A program made the translations under genes and the position numbers. This document shows, one piece after another, positions 18,639-28,295 of a stretch of 64,000 bases of DNA. Source of the stretch: Christensenellaceae bacterium (GTDB lineage: Bacteria; Bacillota; Clostridia; Christensenellales; Christensenellaceae); contig JBMNLE010000003.1 in NCBI GenBank assembly GCA_050952565.1, positions 25,112 to 89,111 on the forward strand, in the 5' to 3' direction. How positions within the stretch are numbered: position 1 is the first letter of the stretch; the number at the start of each line of letters is the position of its first letter. Below the pieces are notes generated by a model. That model was not told the DNA's origin and searched no databases. It saw only the letters and a program-made list of their open reading frames with translations.

Positions 18639-20421
18639 AAAATCCTCCTTCTGCCAACAACGCTTCATGTGTACCGTTTTCTATGATATCCCCATCCCGC
18701 ATCACCAAAATCATATCTGCATTTTTGATGGTGAAGAGACGATGGGCAATGACAAACGATGTTCTGCCTTCCATCAAATGATCCATTGCTCGTTGTGTGA
18801 GCACTTCTGTTCTCGTATCTACAGAGCTTGTGGCTTCATCCAAAATCAGCATTGGTGCATCTTTTACAATGGCGCGTGCAATGGTAAGCAGTTGTCTCTG
18901 CCCGACAGATAAGTTAAGGGCATCATTGAGCATCGTATCATATCCATTTGGCAACGTTCTGATAAAACGATCCATCCCCACAACTTTGCAAGCCTCTACT
19001 ACTTTCTCATCCGAGACATTCTCCATGCTATATACAATATTTTCTTTTATCGTCCCCTCAAAGAGCCATGTATCCTGCAATACCATACAGAATTGATCAT
19101 GTACATTTTCTCTGGTTACTGCTTCAATGGGTGTTCCTTCAATGGAAATTTTACCACCACTGACTTCGTAAAACCGCATCAATAAATTGACCATCGTGGT
19201 TTTCCCTGCGCCTGTCGGCCCGACAATTGCAATCTTTTGCCCTGCCTTCGCTTCTGCCGAAAAGTCATGAATAATCGGGCGATCTTCTTCGTAACCAAAC
19301 TGTACATGTTCGAAAGATACATTGCCTTTTACATCTGTCAAGCGCAATGTTTTTTCTGATTCATCTTCCATTTCCGTCTCATCCAGAAATTCAAATACAC
19401 GTTCGCTGGCAGCCGCTGCTGTTTGCATGTTGGTTGCCGCTTGTGCCATCTGTGAAAGCGGTTGGGTGAAAAGTCTGACGTACATGATAAACGCAACGAC
19501 AACCCCAAAAGAGATATGCCCGTTTAACGCCAGCGCACCACCTACCACACACACAGCCACATAGCCAAAGTTTCCAATGAAGCTCATTAGCGGCATCATA
19601 AGCCCGGAAAAGAATTGTGATTTCCAGCCGGTGTCCCGCAGATTTTCGTTGATTTCATCAAACTCTTTTTGGGCATCTTTTTCGCCATTATAGGCCTTTA
19701 CAATATTATGCCCGGAATAAATTTCTTCAATATGTCCATTCATCGCGCCAATGTTTTGCTGTTGCTGCATAAAGTATTTTTGTGAACGCTTCATGATAAT
19801 CATCATAAATACAAATCCAATGAGCGATGCGCCCACAGCCGTAATCGCCATAATCCAGTTGGTTACAAACATCATGATGAGCGCGCCTAAGAAAAGTGTA
19901 ATTGCGCTGACAATCGTAGTAACGCTCTGGTTTAGCGTCTGACCAATGGTATCAACATCATTGGTCACGCGACTCAGTACCTCCCCAAAGCTGGTGTTAT
20001 CAAAATATTTTAGGGGCAACCGATTGATTTTCTTTGAGATACTGGTGCGCAATCCGCCTGTCACTTGCGCGGTTACCGTCGTCATAATAAATCCCTGTAT
20101 GTAGGAAGAAATTGCTCCAATGCCGTAAAGAACAGCGAGGGATATTGCAATGCGCCCGATTTCTTTCATATCAATGCCGGCCATGGCGCCATTGATCATG
20201 ATATTGGTCATCTCGCTTACTCTGTCCGGTCCAATGATGGTAATAATAGAGCCTACCATGGCCAGAACCAATGCTACAATGACCAATGGCAAATATTTTT
20301 TGTTAAAAGCAACCAATTGGCCGCTTGCCTGTTTGAAGTTTTTTGCTTTTTCGCCGCCGCCTTGATTTGGGCCGCCCGGTCCGCCGCCCATGGGAGCGCT
20401 TTCTCTTTTTCTATTCTCCAT
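18598..20421 (-). CDS. ABC exporter half-transporter (TMD+NBD)
   Basis: GPTGAGKT, degenerate signature LSVGQRQLL, ILDEATS. Confidence 0.93.
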   Translation of the reverse strand: MENRKRESAPMGGGPGGPNQGGGEKAKNFKQASGQLVAFNKKYLPLVIVALVLAMVGSIITIIGPDRVSEMTNIMINGAMAGIDMKEIGRIAISLAVLYGIGAISSYIQGFIMTTVTAQVTGGLRTSISKKINRLPLKYFDNTSFGEVLSRVTNDVDTIGQTLNQSVTTIVSAITLFLGALIMMFVTNWIMAITAVGASLIGFVFMMIIMKRSQKYFMQQQQNIGAMNGHIEEIYSGHNIVKAYNGEKDAQKEFDEINENLRDTGWKSQFFSGLMMPLMSFIGNFGYVAVCVVGGALALNGHISFGVVVAFIMYVRLFTQPLSQMAQAATNMQTAAAASERVFEFLDETEMEDESEKTLRLTDVKGNVSFEHVQFGYEEDRPIIHDFSAEAKAGQKIAIVGPTGAGKTTMVNLLMRFYEVSGGKISIEGTPIEAVTRENVHDQFCMVLQDTWLFEGTIKENIVYSMENVSDEKVVEACKVVGMDRFIRTLPNGYDTMLNDALNLSVGQRQLLTIARAIVKDAPMLILDEATSSVDTRTEVLTQRAMDHLMEGRTSFVIAHRLFTIKNADMILVMRDGDIIENGTHEALLAEGGFYAELYNSQFEQAS

Positions 20422-22177
20422 GTTTTAATTCCTCCTCTGATAGCTGGGAGTAAGCAATTTCCTGATAAACCGTATTGTTTTCCATCAATTCTTCATGTGT
20501 CCCCATGCCTACAATTTCGCCTTCGTCCAGCACAATGATTTTATCTGCATCCATAATTGTCCCAATCCGCTGGGCGACAATGAGGCGCGTTGCTTCTGAA
20601 ACTTCTTCGTTCAAGACAGAACGTAGTTTTCTATCCGTCTTATAATCCAGCGCCGAAAAGGAATCATCAAAGATATAAATTTCCGGATCCCGTGCAACGG
20701 CGCGTGCAATAGAAAGCCTTTGCTTTTGCCCACCGGATACGTTTGTCCCGCCGCGTGCAATGGGAGCATTGTATTCGCCCGGCATACCTTCTACAAACTC
20801 TTTTGCTTGCGCAATTTCCACAGCGCGTTTTACGCCTTCTTCTGTTGTTTCTCCTCTTCCATTGTCGCCGTATGCAACGTTTGAAGCCACCGTTCCGCTG
20901 AACAAAACCGCTTTTTGCGATACATACCCAAGTTTGTTGTGCAATGCTTCTTGTGTATATTCTTTTACATTGATACCATCAACTAAAACTTCGCCTTCTG
21001 TTGCATCGTAAAACCGTGGAATCAAATCCACCAGCGTACTCTTCCCGCTACCAGTTGCGCCGATAAAGGCAACTGTCTCGCCGGAGTTTGCAGTAAAGCT
21101 AATGTCTTTCAATACGTAATCCGCCGCATCGGGATATTTGAAACTAACATTTTGAAATTCCACTCCGCCCTTCACATCAGTAGGTGCAATCGCGAGCGGC
21201 CCATCTGTAATGCTGGGTTCCATATCCAAAGCTTCATTGATCCGCGTCGCAGAAACGCTTGCCCTTGGCCACATAATAAAGATGGCCGTTAACATCATAA
21301 AGGACATGACTACTTGCATCGCATAAGAAGAGAATACAACCATATCACTGAACACCGTTACTTTATCCATACCCACGGCTTGGTTGATTAAGAATGCGCC
21401 AATCCAGTAAACCCCCAGCGTGAGCCCATTGCTGATGATTTGCATGCCCGGCTGCATGATTGCCATAACCCGCCCGGTAAACCGCTGTGTACCTGAAACT
21501 GCTTGGCTGGCCTCTTCAAATTTGTTCTCTTGGTAGCTTTCTGCGTTATAGGCGCGTACAACCCGTAACCCCAATAAATTTTCCCGCGTCACGCTATTTA
21601 ACTTATCCGTTAATGTTTGCATCTTTTTAAATTTGGGCATTGCAAGCAATATAATCGTGCCAATGAGCACAAAGAGCAGTAGTACCGCTGCCGCGACAAT
21701 GACGGTCCATTGCCAACTCTTGCTGGAAATTTTCGTAATTGCCCAAACTGCCATAATCGGCGCTTTGATAATCAACTGCAATCCCATTGAAATGAGCATT
21801 CGTAGTTGCGTCACATCATTGGTCGAGCGGGTAATTAGGCTGGGCGTTGAAAACTGATTGATTTCTGCCATAGAAAAGGATTCTACTTTATAAAACAAAT
21901 CTTCTCGTAGCCGCGCACTAAACGACGATGCAATTTGCGCCGCAAAATACCCAACGACGACAGACGCCACAAAACTGCCCAGTGCGCATAGCAGCATCCA
22001 TCCGCCTACACTTAATATTTCGCTCATTTTGCTTTCCGGCGTCTGCACCAATGTGGTGATTTCCGACATATAGTCCGGCAGCCGCAAATCCAGCCAAACC
22101 TGTCCTACAATGAACACAACACAAATAAGTATCATTAAAATCTCTTTTGTGTTGAGTCGCTTTAATATTTTTCCCAT
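20411..22177 (-). CDS. ABC exporter half-transporter, heterodimer partner
   Basis: GATGSGKS, VSGGQKQR, degenerate Walker B IFDDSFS; SD GGAGG. Confidence 0.93.
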   Translation of the reverse strand: MGKILKRLNTKEILMILICVVFIVGQVWLDLRLPDYMSEITTLVQTPESKMSEILSVGGWMLLCALGSFVASVVVGYFAAQIASSFSARLREDLFYKVESFSMAEINQFSTPSLITRSTNDVTQLRMLISMGLQLIIKAPIMAVWAITKISSKSWQWTVIVAAAVLLLFVLIGTIILLAMPKFKKMQTLTDKLNSVTRENLLGLRVVRAYNAESYQENKFEEASQAVSGTQRFTGRVMAIMQPGMQIISNGLTLGVYWIGAFLINQAVGMDKVTVFSDMVVFSSYAMQVVMSFMMLTAIFIMWPRASVSATRINEALDMEPSITDGPLAIAPTDVKGGVEFQNVSFKYPDAADYVLKDISFTANSGETVAFIGATGSGKSTLVDLIPRFYDATEGEVLVDGINVKEYTQEALHNKLGYVSQKAVLFSGTVASNVAYGDNGRGETTEEGVKRAVEIAQAKEFVEGMPGEYNAPIARGGTNVSGGQKQRLSIARAVARDPEIYIFDDSFSALDYKTDRKLRSVLNEEVSEATRLIVAQRIGTIMDADKIIVLDEGEIVGMGTHEELMENNTVYQEIAYSQLSEEELKHGE

Positions 22178-22230
22178 GCTGTCCTCCTGTTGCTTTTCTA
22201 TCATTACACTTTTTGAGGCTTAAAAAGTGT

Positions 22231-22677
22231 TTAGTACAAATTTTCCTTAATATTCTCTTTGATTTTCCTTAAAACCTGTGCAAATGTCTCTAAATCTTCT
22301 TTTTCGATACCTGCGATAAGCTCTTCTTGAAAGCCTGCCATATCGGTTTGTATCATTTGATAAATTTCTTTGGCCTTATCTGTCAGTACAATTTTTTTCA
22401 ATCGAGCATCTTGTTCTACCGCTTCTCTAGAAATGAGTCCGCTTTTTTCCATACGCTGCAGCATGTTTGTTACTGTGGAGCGGCGAATGGAAAATTGCTC
22501 TTCCAAATCTTTCTGAAAAACATCTTTTTCTTCGTTTGCCGATAAGTAGTTGATGACCCAAAGATGAACGGGCGTAATATCGTTTGATAAGGTAGGCTTT
22601 TTCCTTTGGTCCATTCTGCGCTTAATCAATATAGACAATTCTCTAAATTCCAATGCAAGTGAATCTTTTCGTTTCAT
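22231..22677 (-). CDS. MarR family regulator of the ABC operon
   Basis: FQKDLEEQFSIRRSTVTNMLQRMEKSGLISR..DARLK. Confidence 0.9.
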   Translation of the reverse strand: MKRKDSLALEFRELSILIKRRMDQRKKPTLSNDITPVHLWVINYLSANEEKDVFQKDLEEQFSIRRSTVTNMLQRMEKSGLISREAVEQDARLKKIVLTDKAKEIYQMIQTDMAGFQEELIAGIEKEDLETFAQVLRKIKENIKENLY

Positions 22678-22704
22678 ATGTTATCCTTTCTTTCGAGATT
22701 TGTT

Positions 22705-22746
22705 TGTTAGCTAACTAACATTATACATGTTATTGTTTTATTGTCA
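22705..22746 (-). promoter_or_regulatory. Promoter of the marR-ABC operon with a palindromic operator
   Basis: Minus strand TTGACA-16 bp-TATAAT, directly followed by the TGTTAG-N4-CTAACA inverted repeat (22705-22720). Confidence 0.75.
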
Positions 22747-22767
22747 ATGAATATTTTGTGTACAAAT

Positions 22768-22798
22768 AAAAAAAGAAGCGGTTTTCCCGCTTCTTTTT
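22768..22798 (-). terminator. Terminator after the esterase
   Basis: AAAAGAAGCGG-TTTTC-CCGCTTCTTTT. Confidence 0.85.
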
Positions 22799-22803
22799 CT
22801 TTT

Positions 22804-23604
22804 TTATACCGTCATCTTTTTCAAATCCAACCATTCAATGATGCGCTGTATATAAGTATCCCAGAAATCCCAATCATGAATTCCCGGTCCTTCTTCATAG
22901 GTAAGCGGTACACCTAATTCTCCCATGATTTTTGTGGTTTCCACAGCCGCGTCATAAATAAAATCTTCTGTTCCCACTGCAAGATAAAATTCTGGTAGTT
23001 TCACGCCCGCCGCCAGTTGTTCTTTTAGTATCGCAACTGTATCAAGCTTTGTCCCTACGCCATCATGCGGTGCCGGTAAAATTGCCTTCCAGTTCCAAGG
23101 TGGATTCTCCATCGTCGCATCAATGCGCGGTAAGAAATCAATACCGCCAGATAGCCCCGCAACTTTGCCGTACAAATCTGGCCGCCGAATGCCTAAATTA
23201 AACGCAGTAAATGCGCCCATGGAAAGCCCGGAGATATAGTTATCTTCCCTTTTATCGCTGGAAGGGAAAACTGTTTGTACAAACTGGGGCAATTCTTCGG
23301 TTAAATAAGTAAAATACTTTGGTCCCAACTCCATATCTTGCCCAAAAGAATTGGCGTAAGACGGCACAACAATCATCAGCCGCGCAAACTGCGCATACTT
23401 TTCAATGGATGTGAGCCGCGGCCAATCACCATAATCGCCGTGGGTACCATGTAATAAATAAAGTGTTTGGTGTTTTGCACCTTTGTGAAAATAATTGTCC
23501 GGATTAATGGGGGTATCCACCGGATGAGGTGTGGGTATGATTACGTTGATGTCTGTACTCATTTGCAGTGCTTCTGAATAAAAATTTGCATGTATTAATG
23601 CCAT
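22804..23604 (-). CDS. Esterase family alpha/beta hydrolase
   Basis: LYLLHG, GLSMG nucleophile, GTED, GIHDW. Confidence 0.88.
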   Translation of the reverse strand: MALIHANFYSEALQMSTDINVIIPTPHPVDTPINPDNYFHKGAKHQTLYLLHGTHGDYGDWPRLTSIEKYAQFARLMIVVPSYANSFGQDMELGPKYFTYLTEELPQFVQTVFPSSDKREDNYISGLSMGAFTAFNLGIRRPDLYGKVAGLSGGIDFLPRIDATMENPPWNWKAILPAPHDGVGTKLDTVAILKEQLAAGVKLPEFYLAVGTEDFIYDAAVETTKIMGELGVPLTYEEGPGIHDWDFWDTYIQRIIEWLDLKKMTV

Positions 23605-23665
23605 GGCCCTTCCTCCCTTTTGTTTATATCTTATTATAACAAAAAATAACCACCTTGCAGCAGCA

Positions 23666-24217
23666 TTATTTCCCCCAAAGTTTCAGCCAATCAGGGTCTA
23701 CCAACAACAGTGTAATAAAAACGCCAATGCCCGAAACAATCAAAAAAATCGCCAAATACTTTCGCCTGCGCGCGTGAGGCTCTATTACCGCCGAACTGTG
23801 GTAGAGCACTGATCCTAAAAAACCGCCCAATGTATTCAATAAAACATCATCAATATCCGCCACACCCAGCATAAAAATATACTGTAAGCATTCGTAAATA
23901 ATGCTGACGCACATAGCGTATACCACTGATTTCCAAAGACAATCTTGCTTCTGAAAAATGCAAAGCAGCATTCCTAAGGGTACAAACAGCAAAATATTCC
24001 CCAGCTCGTTGATCCAGCCTTGCGCCATCTCTCCTTTTATAAATTCATCGATGGTATGAAATGGAATAAGATTTAACGAGCGCGTTCGCGTTTCTCCTAA
24101 TTTATGAAACGGTACCTCTTTGAACAAGATCAGTTTGGTCATAAAGAGTAGATATACGATCAAGATGCTTATAAAAAGCCATTTCCAAAATCGGTTGTTT
24201 TTTTCTAAATGATACAT
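23666..24217 (-). CDS. VanZ family membrane protein
   Basis: NLIPF, GNILLFVPLG, DIDDVLLNTLGG. Confidence 0.87.
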   Translation of the reverse strand: MYHLEKNNRFWKWLFISILIVYLLFMTKLILFKEVPFHKLGETRTRSLNLIPFHTIDEFIKGEMAQGWINELGNILLFVPLGMLLCIFQKQDCLWKSVVYAMCVSIIYECLQYIFMLGVADIDDVLLNTLGGFLGSVLYHSSAVIEPHARRRKYLAIFLIVSGIGVFITLLLVDPDWLKLWGK

Positions 24218-24247
24218 CGCCCATCCTATGCTTTTTAAAAGCGCGCT

Positions 24248-25699
24248 TTATACTTCGTATGTTGTTGCCGCTGTATCGCCGCCTGCGCCTGTCCAGTTGG
24301 TATGAAAAAAAGTGCCGCGCGGCTGGTCTAAGCGCTCATATGTATGTGCGCCAAAATAATCTCTTTGCGCTTGCAACAAGTTTGCCGGCAATTGCGCAGA
24401 AGTATAGCCATCAAAATAATTGAGCGCAGAACAAATGGCTGGCGCGGGCATGCCATGCAGCATTGCCGTTGCCGCTACGTTACGCCATGCGGGAATAAGA
24501 GAAGTAATTGTTTCTTTAAAGTAGGGCGCCAGCAGTAGATTCTCTAACGCAGGGTTCATGTCATATGCCTCTTTTATTTTCCCCAAAAATATAGAGCGAA
24601 TGATGCAACCACCGCGCCACATAAGCGCAATGTCTCCGTACTGCAAATCCCAACCGTAGGTTTTTGCTGCCGCTTGCAGCAAAGTATACCCTTGTGCGTA
24701 AGAAACGATTTTTGCCGCATAAACGCTTTTGCGCAATGCTTCCAAAAAGAGTTCCTTATCGCCTGTAAAAAGCTTTATTTCTTTTCCAAAAACACGCGCC
24801 GCCTGCACCCGTTCTTCTTTCATCGCAGAAAGGCAACGGCTAAATACTGCTTCGCCAATGAGCGTCAGCGGAATGCCTTCTTCTAAAGCAGCAATACCTG
24901 TCCATTTCCCCGTTCCTTTTTGCCCTGCCGTATCCAGTATTTTATCAATCAAAGGCGCACCATCTTCATCTTTATACGCCAAAATATGCGCCGTGATTTC
25001 TATGAGATAGCTGTTGAGTTCGCCTGCGTTCCAATCTTCAAAAACCGCACTCATTTCATCTGGTGTCATGCCCAGCATATCTCGCATGATTTGATAGGCT
25101 TCGCAAATAATCTGCATATCGCCATATTCAATGCCGTTATGTACCATTTTCACAAAATGCCCTGCGCCATCACTGCCCACCCACGCCACGCAAGGCGTAC
25201 CATCTTCTACTTGCGCCGCTATGCTTTCAAAAATATCCTTTAACGCAGGCCATGCTGCAGAAGAGCCGCCGGGCATCAAGGAAGGTCCTTTGAGCGCCCC
25301 TTCTTCTCCGCCGGAAACCCCGATCCCAACATATAACAGCCCTTTTTCTTCCACATACGCGGTTCTTCTTATCGTATCTTCAAAATAGCTGTTGCCGCCA
25401 TCGATAATAATATCTCCCGGTTCCAATACTTCTAATAGCGCTGCAATAAAATCATCCACCGGTTGCCCCGCTTTTACCAGCAGCATCACTTTGCGTGGCT
25501 TTTTCAAACGCTCTGCTAGTTCCGCAAGCGAATATGCAGGAATAATGTTTTTTCCTTTGGCCCTACCTTCTACAAAGTTTGTTACTTTCTCTGTGGTCCG
25601 GTTGTATACAGCAACAGAAAACCCTTTGCTTTCCATGTTCATGACCAAATTTTCGCCCATAACCGCCAAGCCAATGAGCCCGATATCCGCTTTTTTCAT
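24248..25699 (-). CDS. gndA: NADP-dependent 6-phosphogluconate dehydrogenase
   Basis: GLAVMG, YNRT, VSGGEEGA, KMVHNGIEYGDMQ, QKGTGKWT, QAQRDYFGAH. Confidence 0.97.
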   Translation of the reverse strand: MKKADIGLIGLAVMGENLVMNMESKGFSVAVYNRTTEKVTNFVEGRAKGKNIIPAYSLAELAERLKKPRKVMLLVKAGQPVDDFIAALLEVLEPGDIIIDGGNSYFEDTIRRTAYVEEKGLLYVGIGVSGGEEGALKGPSLMPGGSSAAWPALKDIFESIAAQVEDGTPCVAWVGSDGAGHFVKMVHNGIEYGDMQIICEAYQIMRDMLGMTPDEMSAVFEDWNAGELNSYLIEITAHILAYKDEDGAPLIDKILDTAGQKGTGKWTGIAALEEGIPLTLIGEAVFSRCLSAMKEERVQAARVFGKEIKLFTGDKELFLEALRKSVYAAKIVSYAQGYTLLQAAAKTYGWDLQYGDIALMWRGGCIIRSIFLGKIKEAYDMNPALENLLLAPYFKETITSLIPAWRNVAATAMLHGMPAPAICSALNYFDGYTSAQLPANLLQAQRDYFGAHTYERLDQPRGTFFHTNWTGAGGDTAATTYEV

Positions 25700-25711
25700 C
25701 GTTGTTCTCCT

Positions 25712-26782
25712 TTATCGTTTTACGCGCGTATTGCCTTGCCATGCGCGCCAGACTTCTTCTTCATTCAATGGGCAAATATAATCTTCAAAAACTGTGACTG
25801 CCATAGCCCCTGCGCCCCAGCCAAATTGCAATGCCGCTTCCGGCGTAAAGCCTTTTAGTAATCCATATAATACGCCGCCCAAAAAACCATCTCCGCCGCC
25901 AATGCGATCCAATACCGGAATCTCTCTTGCCGGCGCTTCATATAGTGATGCGCCATCCCATAACAGCGCGCCCCATAAATGTAGATTTGCATGATATGTC
26001 TCCCGTTGGCTGGAAAGAACATAAGAAATGGATGGATATGCCGCTTTTAATGCTTGCATCATGTTCATTGCGCCTTCTTTTTGCCCTGCCACATCTGCCG
26101 TCTTCGTCCTGTTCTCTAACCCGAGACAAGCTTCTGCTGCAAAAGGATCTGCCACCAAAATATCAGACAACCCAACAATTTCCCGAAAAATACTGCATAG
26201 TTCCGTTTCTCTCTCTGCCCAAAAAGAAGGACGATGGTTGAGGTCAAAGCAAACTCTCGTTCCGTTTTCTTTTGCCGCCCGCGCCATGGCAAGGCATAAC
26301 GCGCCTGTTTCTTCGGAAATCGCCGCGATAAGCCCTGTAATAAGCAGTATCTCTGCGCCTTCTTCCTGAAAAATCTGTTGCATGGAAAAATCTTCTGGCG
26401 ACAGCGTTGCCCCAATTTCTCCTGCGCGGTCGTTCCAAACACTGGGGCCGCGCATGCCATACCCGCTATCCGCAATGTTGATTTGATGGCGATAGCCCCA
26501 AGGGCCGCCTTGCGGCACTGCTTCTCCAGCATAAGCGATGTTTCTGCGCTGCAAATCTTGCTTGATTAATTTTGAAATCGGGTTATCTTTTACAAATTTC
26601 GTATATACTTTGGTGCGTAGCCCCAGCGCTGCCGGCACAGACAATACATTTGATTCTGCGCTGGTTACCTGCACATCATAATCTAAGCTTATATGCACAG
26701 GTTGCCGCATTTTAGGTGTCATACGCAGGCCCATGCTGGTGGGCGCAACAATGGCATACTTGCTGTTTTTTCTAAACTCCAT
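25712..26782 (-). CDS. PfkB-family sugar-acid kinase (KdgK-like)
   Basis: FDLNHRP..W, DRIGGGDGFLGG PfkB signature. Confidence 0.85.
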   Translation of the reverse strand: MEFRKNSKYAIVAPTSMGLRMTPKMRQPVHISLDYDVQVTSAESNVLSVPAALGLRTKVYTKFVKDNPISKLIKQDLQRRNIAYAGEAVPQGGPWGYRHQINIADSGYGMRGPSVWNDRAGEIGATLSPEDFSMQQIFQEEGAEILLITGLIAAISEETGALCLAMARAAKENGTRVCFDLNHRPSFWAERETELCSIFREIVGLSDILVADPFAAEACLGLENRTKTADVAGQKEGAMNMMQALKAAYPSISYVLSSQRETYHANLHLWGALLWDGASLYEAPAREIPVLDRIGGGDGFLGGVLYGLLKGFTPEAALQFGWGAGAMAVTVFEDYICPLNEEEVWRAWQGNTRVKR

Positions 26783-27848
26783 AAGGAACCTCTTCCCATT
26801 CCAATATACAAGTCGGTGCTGGAACGTCTATTTTCTGTTTAAGCGAAAGTCGCCCTGTTTCTTGCGCTATGGAAAATACGCTAACCGTATCACTCTCTTG
26901 ATTGGCAGCAAGCGCCCATGCGCCGTCCTGCGTCAACCATAAATCCCGCGGCGTCTTGCCGCCGGAAGAAATATCTTGCACACGACAAAGCTTCCCTTCT
27001 CCCTTTATTTGAAATACATGAATTTGATCGAGTCCTCTGCTGGTACAGTAGAGGTATTTTCCGTTTTGAGAAATACGAACCGCCGCCATTGTTGTGTTTG
27101 CTGTCTCTTCTTCTGCAATCACACGCGTCGTTGCAAGATGCGACAAAGCTGCCATTTCTTTTTGATATGCGTAGGCATCTATTGTGCCGTTTAGCTCATT
27201 TAAGCAGTATAAAGTTTGGTTTGCTTCGCCCCAAGCCAAGTGTCGTGGCCCTGCGCCGGGTGCTGCATGTACCATGTCCATAGGCGTTAACTTATTTTCT
27301 ACGGTACGGTATAAAACAATTGCGTTCATGCCAAGATCCGCCACGCATGCATGTGTGCCGTCTGGCGTGAACAGCGCCATATGCGGGTGCGGTCCTTCTT
27401 GCCGGAAGGGATTGCAGCTCCCGCCCACATGCGTACGGATATACGGATTTCCCGCAAAGTCGCCTGCTTCTTCCAGCGCGATCAATGCCAAATTGCCTCC
27501 GCTATAATTGCTTACAAGCAAATTTTCTCCCGTTGGGTTAATTGCTAAATGGCAAGGGTTCGCCCCTTCTGTTCTTATTTGCTCTTTGTATTTGAGTGTT
27601 TCATTGTCTTTTATTTGATATGCATATACTTCCCCCACCAACTGCTCGCTGACAGCATAAAGAATCTTTTGTGTTTTATGATAAGTGAGGTAAGAAGGGT
27701 TTTCCATTGTTGCAGCAAGAACAAGAGATTCTACTTTACCGCTCTCGCGCTCTAACGTAAGCGCATAAATCCCTTCGCTTTTTGTTTCTTTTGAAGCATA
27801 CAGCTCTTCTGTATACGTACCGATAAAAAAAGTATTGCTACGTTGCAT
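26772..27848 (-). CDS. pgl: 6-phosphogluconolactonase-like beta-propeller lactonase
   Basis: FIGTY, NPSY, NPCH, SNYSGG, RQEGPHPH, GAGPRH, GGKTPR, ANQESD. Confidence 0.88.
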   Translation of the reverse strand: MQRSNTFFIGTYTEELYASKETKSEGIYALTLERESGKVESLVLAATMENPSYLTYHKTQKILYAVSEQLVGEVYAYQIKDNETLKYKEQIRTEGANPCHLAINPTGENLLVSNYSGGNLALIALEEAGDFAGNPYIRTHVGGSCNPFRQEGPHPHMALFTPDGTHACVADLGMNAIVLYRTVENKLTPMDMVHAAPGAGPRHLAWGEANQTLYCLNELNGTIDAYAYQKEMAALSHLATTRVIAEEETANTTMAAVRISQNGKYLYCTSRGLDQIHVFQIKGEGKLCRVQDISSGGKTPRDLWLTQDGAWALAANQESDTVSVFSIAQETGRLSLKQKIDVPAPTCILEWEEVPYGV

Positions 27849-27933
27849 CCCCGCGCTCCCTTCTCTTGCTATCAGTATACTAAAAACCATTGGGAATGAA
27901 AAGAAAATTCCTTGCTGCGCTCAAGTGAGGTAT

Positions 27934-27962
27934 AAAAAAAGAATCCTTTCGGATTCTTTTTT
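27934..27962 (-). terminator. Terminator after the small ORF
   Basis: AAAAAGAATCC-TTTC-GGATTCTTTTT. Confidence 0.85.
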
Positions 27963-28140
27963 ACTCTTCTCGTACCAACACATCATCAATCATGTTCATC
28001 AGTTCCAATTCACTGCGGAAATTCTCTGTTTTCTTTCCTTCCGCCCAATTGATGCTCCCTTGCCAAGTTGCGTTTTGCCTATATTTGATTTGGATTGTAA
28101 ATGTCGCATTTTTTTCTTCTATTTCTTTGCCATGCTCCAT
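27961..28140 (-). CDS. Small hypothetical protein (59 aa, QNATWQG...FRS.LEL)
   Basis: SD GGGGGTG, own terminator, beta-strand-like pattern. Confidence 0.7.
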   Translation of the reverse strand: MEHGKEIEEKNATFTIQIKYRQNATWQGSINWAEGKKTENFRSELELMNMIDDVLVREE

Positions 28141-28295
28141 TTTCTCACCCCCAGTATATTTCATTGAATGGTTATATTATATACGAAAAGCATCAAAAAT
28201 ACCAGCCTTGCCTTTTATGATTCACATTCTATACACATCTCTTCATTGTCTCCTTTTTATCGGGTATGCTATACTACAAAAAAGGAGGAATTGTT

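Noticed and set aside
27887-27899. 12-mer ACCATTGGGAAT shared with the 5' part of the sRNA candidate (about 54668-54680)
   Set aside because: The site lies within the pgl promoter spacer and is probably not transcribed; one 12-mer match is plausible by chance
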